The translations under genes were made by a program, and so were the position numbers. Below the pieces are notes generated by a model that was not told the origin of the DNA, did not search any database, and saw only the letters and a list, made by a program, of their open reading frames with translations. A DNA stretch of 64,000 nucleotides from Lytechinus pictus (lineage: Eukaryota), in the NCBI RefSeq assembly GCF_037042905.1, contig NC_087245.1, forward strand, positions 2,296,001 to 2,360,000. The letters run 5' to 3'. Positions 63,016 through 64,000 of the stretch are shown here, piece after piece. Positions within the stretch are counted from its first letter, which is position 1, and the number at the start of each line of letters is the position of its first letter.

Positions 63016-63745
63016 CTCGCTACCCCAAATAGCGATTTCGCCGAGATCCGGGAAAATCCCTGTAACGCGCATTGCATTATGGGATAGCTTTTCGGTATTA
63101 CAACTTCCTGTTCGGATGTCCAATGCACTGTTTTGCCATTCAGATCAACAGTGCCGTCATGCACAACAACACAACGTCACTTTCGCTCGGAAAAATCGTA
63201 ATCACAACCCTCTCTTTCACGATACAGTTTAACGGTCTTTTCTGCTAAAGTCACTAATTCTGCCCGACGCTTTCCATCGCACGGTATTCCTCTGTCAGTT
63301 AAGATTTTTTTAAGTTCCGAAACTGATTTTTTTATCCATTTTGTGGTCGACGAAAAATTGAACGGAGTGAATGCTGTATATATTTAGCGTCTAGTCTAGT
63401 CCGATCGTGATGTCAGGCCGGTCGCTAAATGCAAAATTTTAAGATATTCATTTTTTGTTTACTTTTTTTATAACCAAGTAAAAACATGAATAAAAATTAT
63501 TTTCACGTGAAATATATTTTTTATTTTTATTTATAATTCAAATGGAATCAAAACTGACCAAATTTAATAAAAAGTATTATAATCTGTACATATTACGCTG
63601 ATTGGCATCGATTTCAGCGTGGTGAAAACTCAGTATCGCGAACCTTGCGCGAGCATGAACCGGAAGTGGTGATGACGACCCGACGAAGTGAAAATTATCT
63701 CGTCTCGCGCATTATGAGATTTTTGTTCCTATTTGGGGTAGCGAG
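63016..63745 (-). mobile_element. 730-bp TIR element with an AATT TSD
   Basis: AATT-CTCGCTACCCCAAATAG ... CTATTTGGGGTAGCGAG-AATT (perfect 17-bp TIR). Confidence 0.9.
63090..63345 (-). pseudogene. SAP-domain protein N-terminal remnant
   Basis: KWIKKSVSELKKILTDRGIPCDGKRRAELVTLAEK fits the SAP pattern V.ELK..L..RG+...G.+AELV. It continues after a frameshift and a stop into HDGTVDLNGKTVHWT. Confidence 0.7.
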
Positions 63746-64000
63746 AATTGAAGTTTGACAAAGGGGCGCCAAATTGATCTTCAACCTCGTGGGAGCAGAA
63801 TTTATGTTCTACCTCAGGGAGCTGAATAGGAGTTTGAAATAGGGGTCGTGCCAAATTAATGTTTGACCAAGGGGGTGCCGTATTGATGTTCGGCCTAGGG
63901 GCGCCAAATCGATGTTCTTCCTAGGGGGAGCCAAAATGATGTTCAACGGATGTTCGACCTAGGGGCGCCAAATTGATGTCCGACATACATGTGGGGGCGC

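Larger units (their letters stand above)
62510..64000. repeat. Minisatellite of ~26-28-bp units (GGGGGCGCCGAATTGATGTTCAACCTA), probably internal to a TIR element starting near 62375
   Basis: Tandem units at 62515-63012 and 63746-64000, interrupted by an insertion. Confidence 0.85.

Overview
AT-rich, non-coding eukaryotic DNA that is almost entirely repeats. The repeat families look like those of a marine invertebrate, probably a sea urchin (inference). I found no intact host gene, rRNA, functional tRNA or CRISPR array, and most ORF-track entries are artefacts of repeats. Main contents: (1) a 15.5-kb EnSpm/CACTA(CMC)-like non-autonomous transposon (7641-23167) with 25-bp TIRs, subterminal arrays built on AACCATGGTT (360/404-bp and 150-bp units), a frameshifted spliced SAMD3-like accessory gene and several nested elements, one of which carries two divergent tRNA-like heads; (2) a 4-kb TTAA-flanked long-TIR element holding a dead L2/CR1-type RT; (3) two copies of a 258-nt rod-like hairpin whose mismatches are biased towards G.U pairs on the minus strand; (4) a scrambled Ngaro/DIRS relic (minus strand) and an internally deleted DIRS/PAT-like element with gag-CCHC, RNase H and methyltransferase domains (plus strand); (5) a 7.4-kb satellite with a recent MITE insertion; (6) many MITEs, SINEs and minisatellites. 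All alignments and translations were done by eye, so boundaries without a TSD are approximate.
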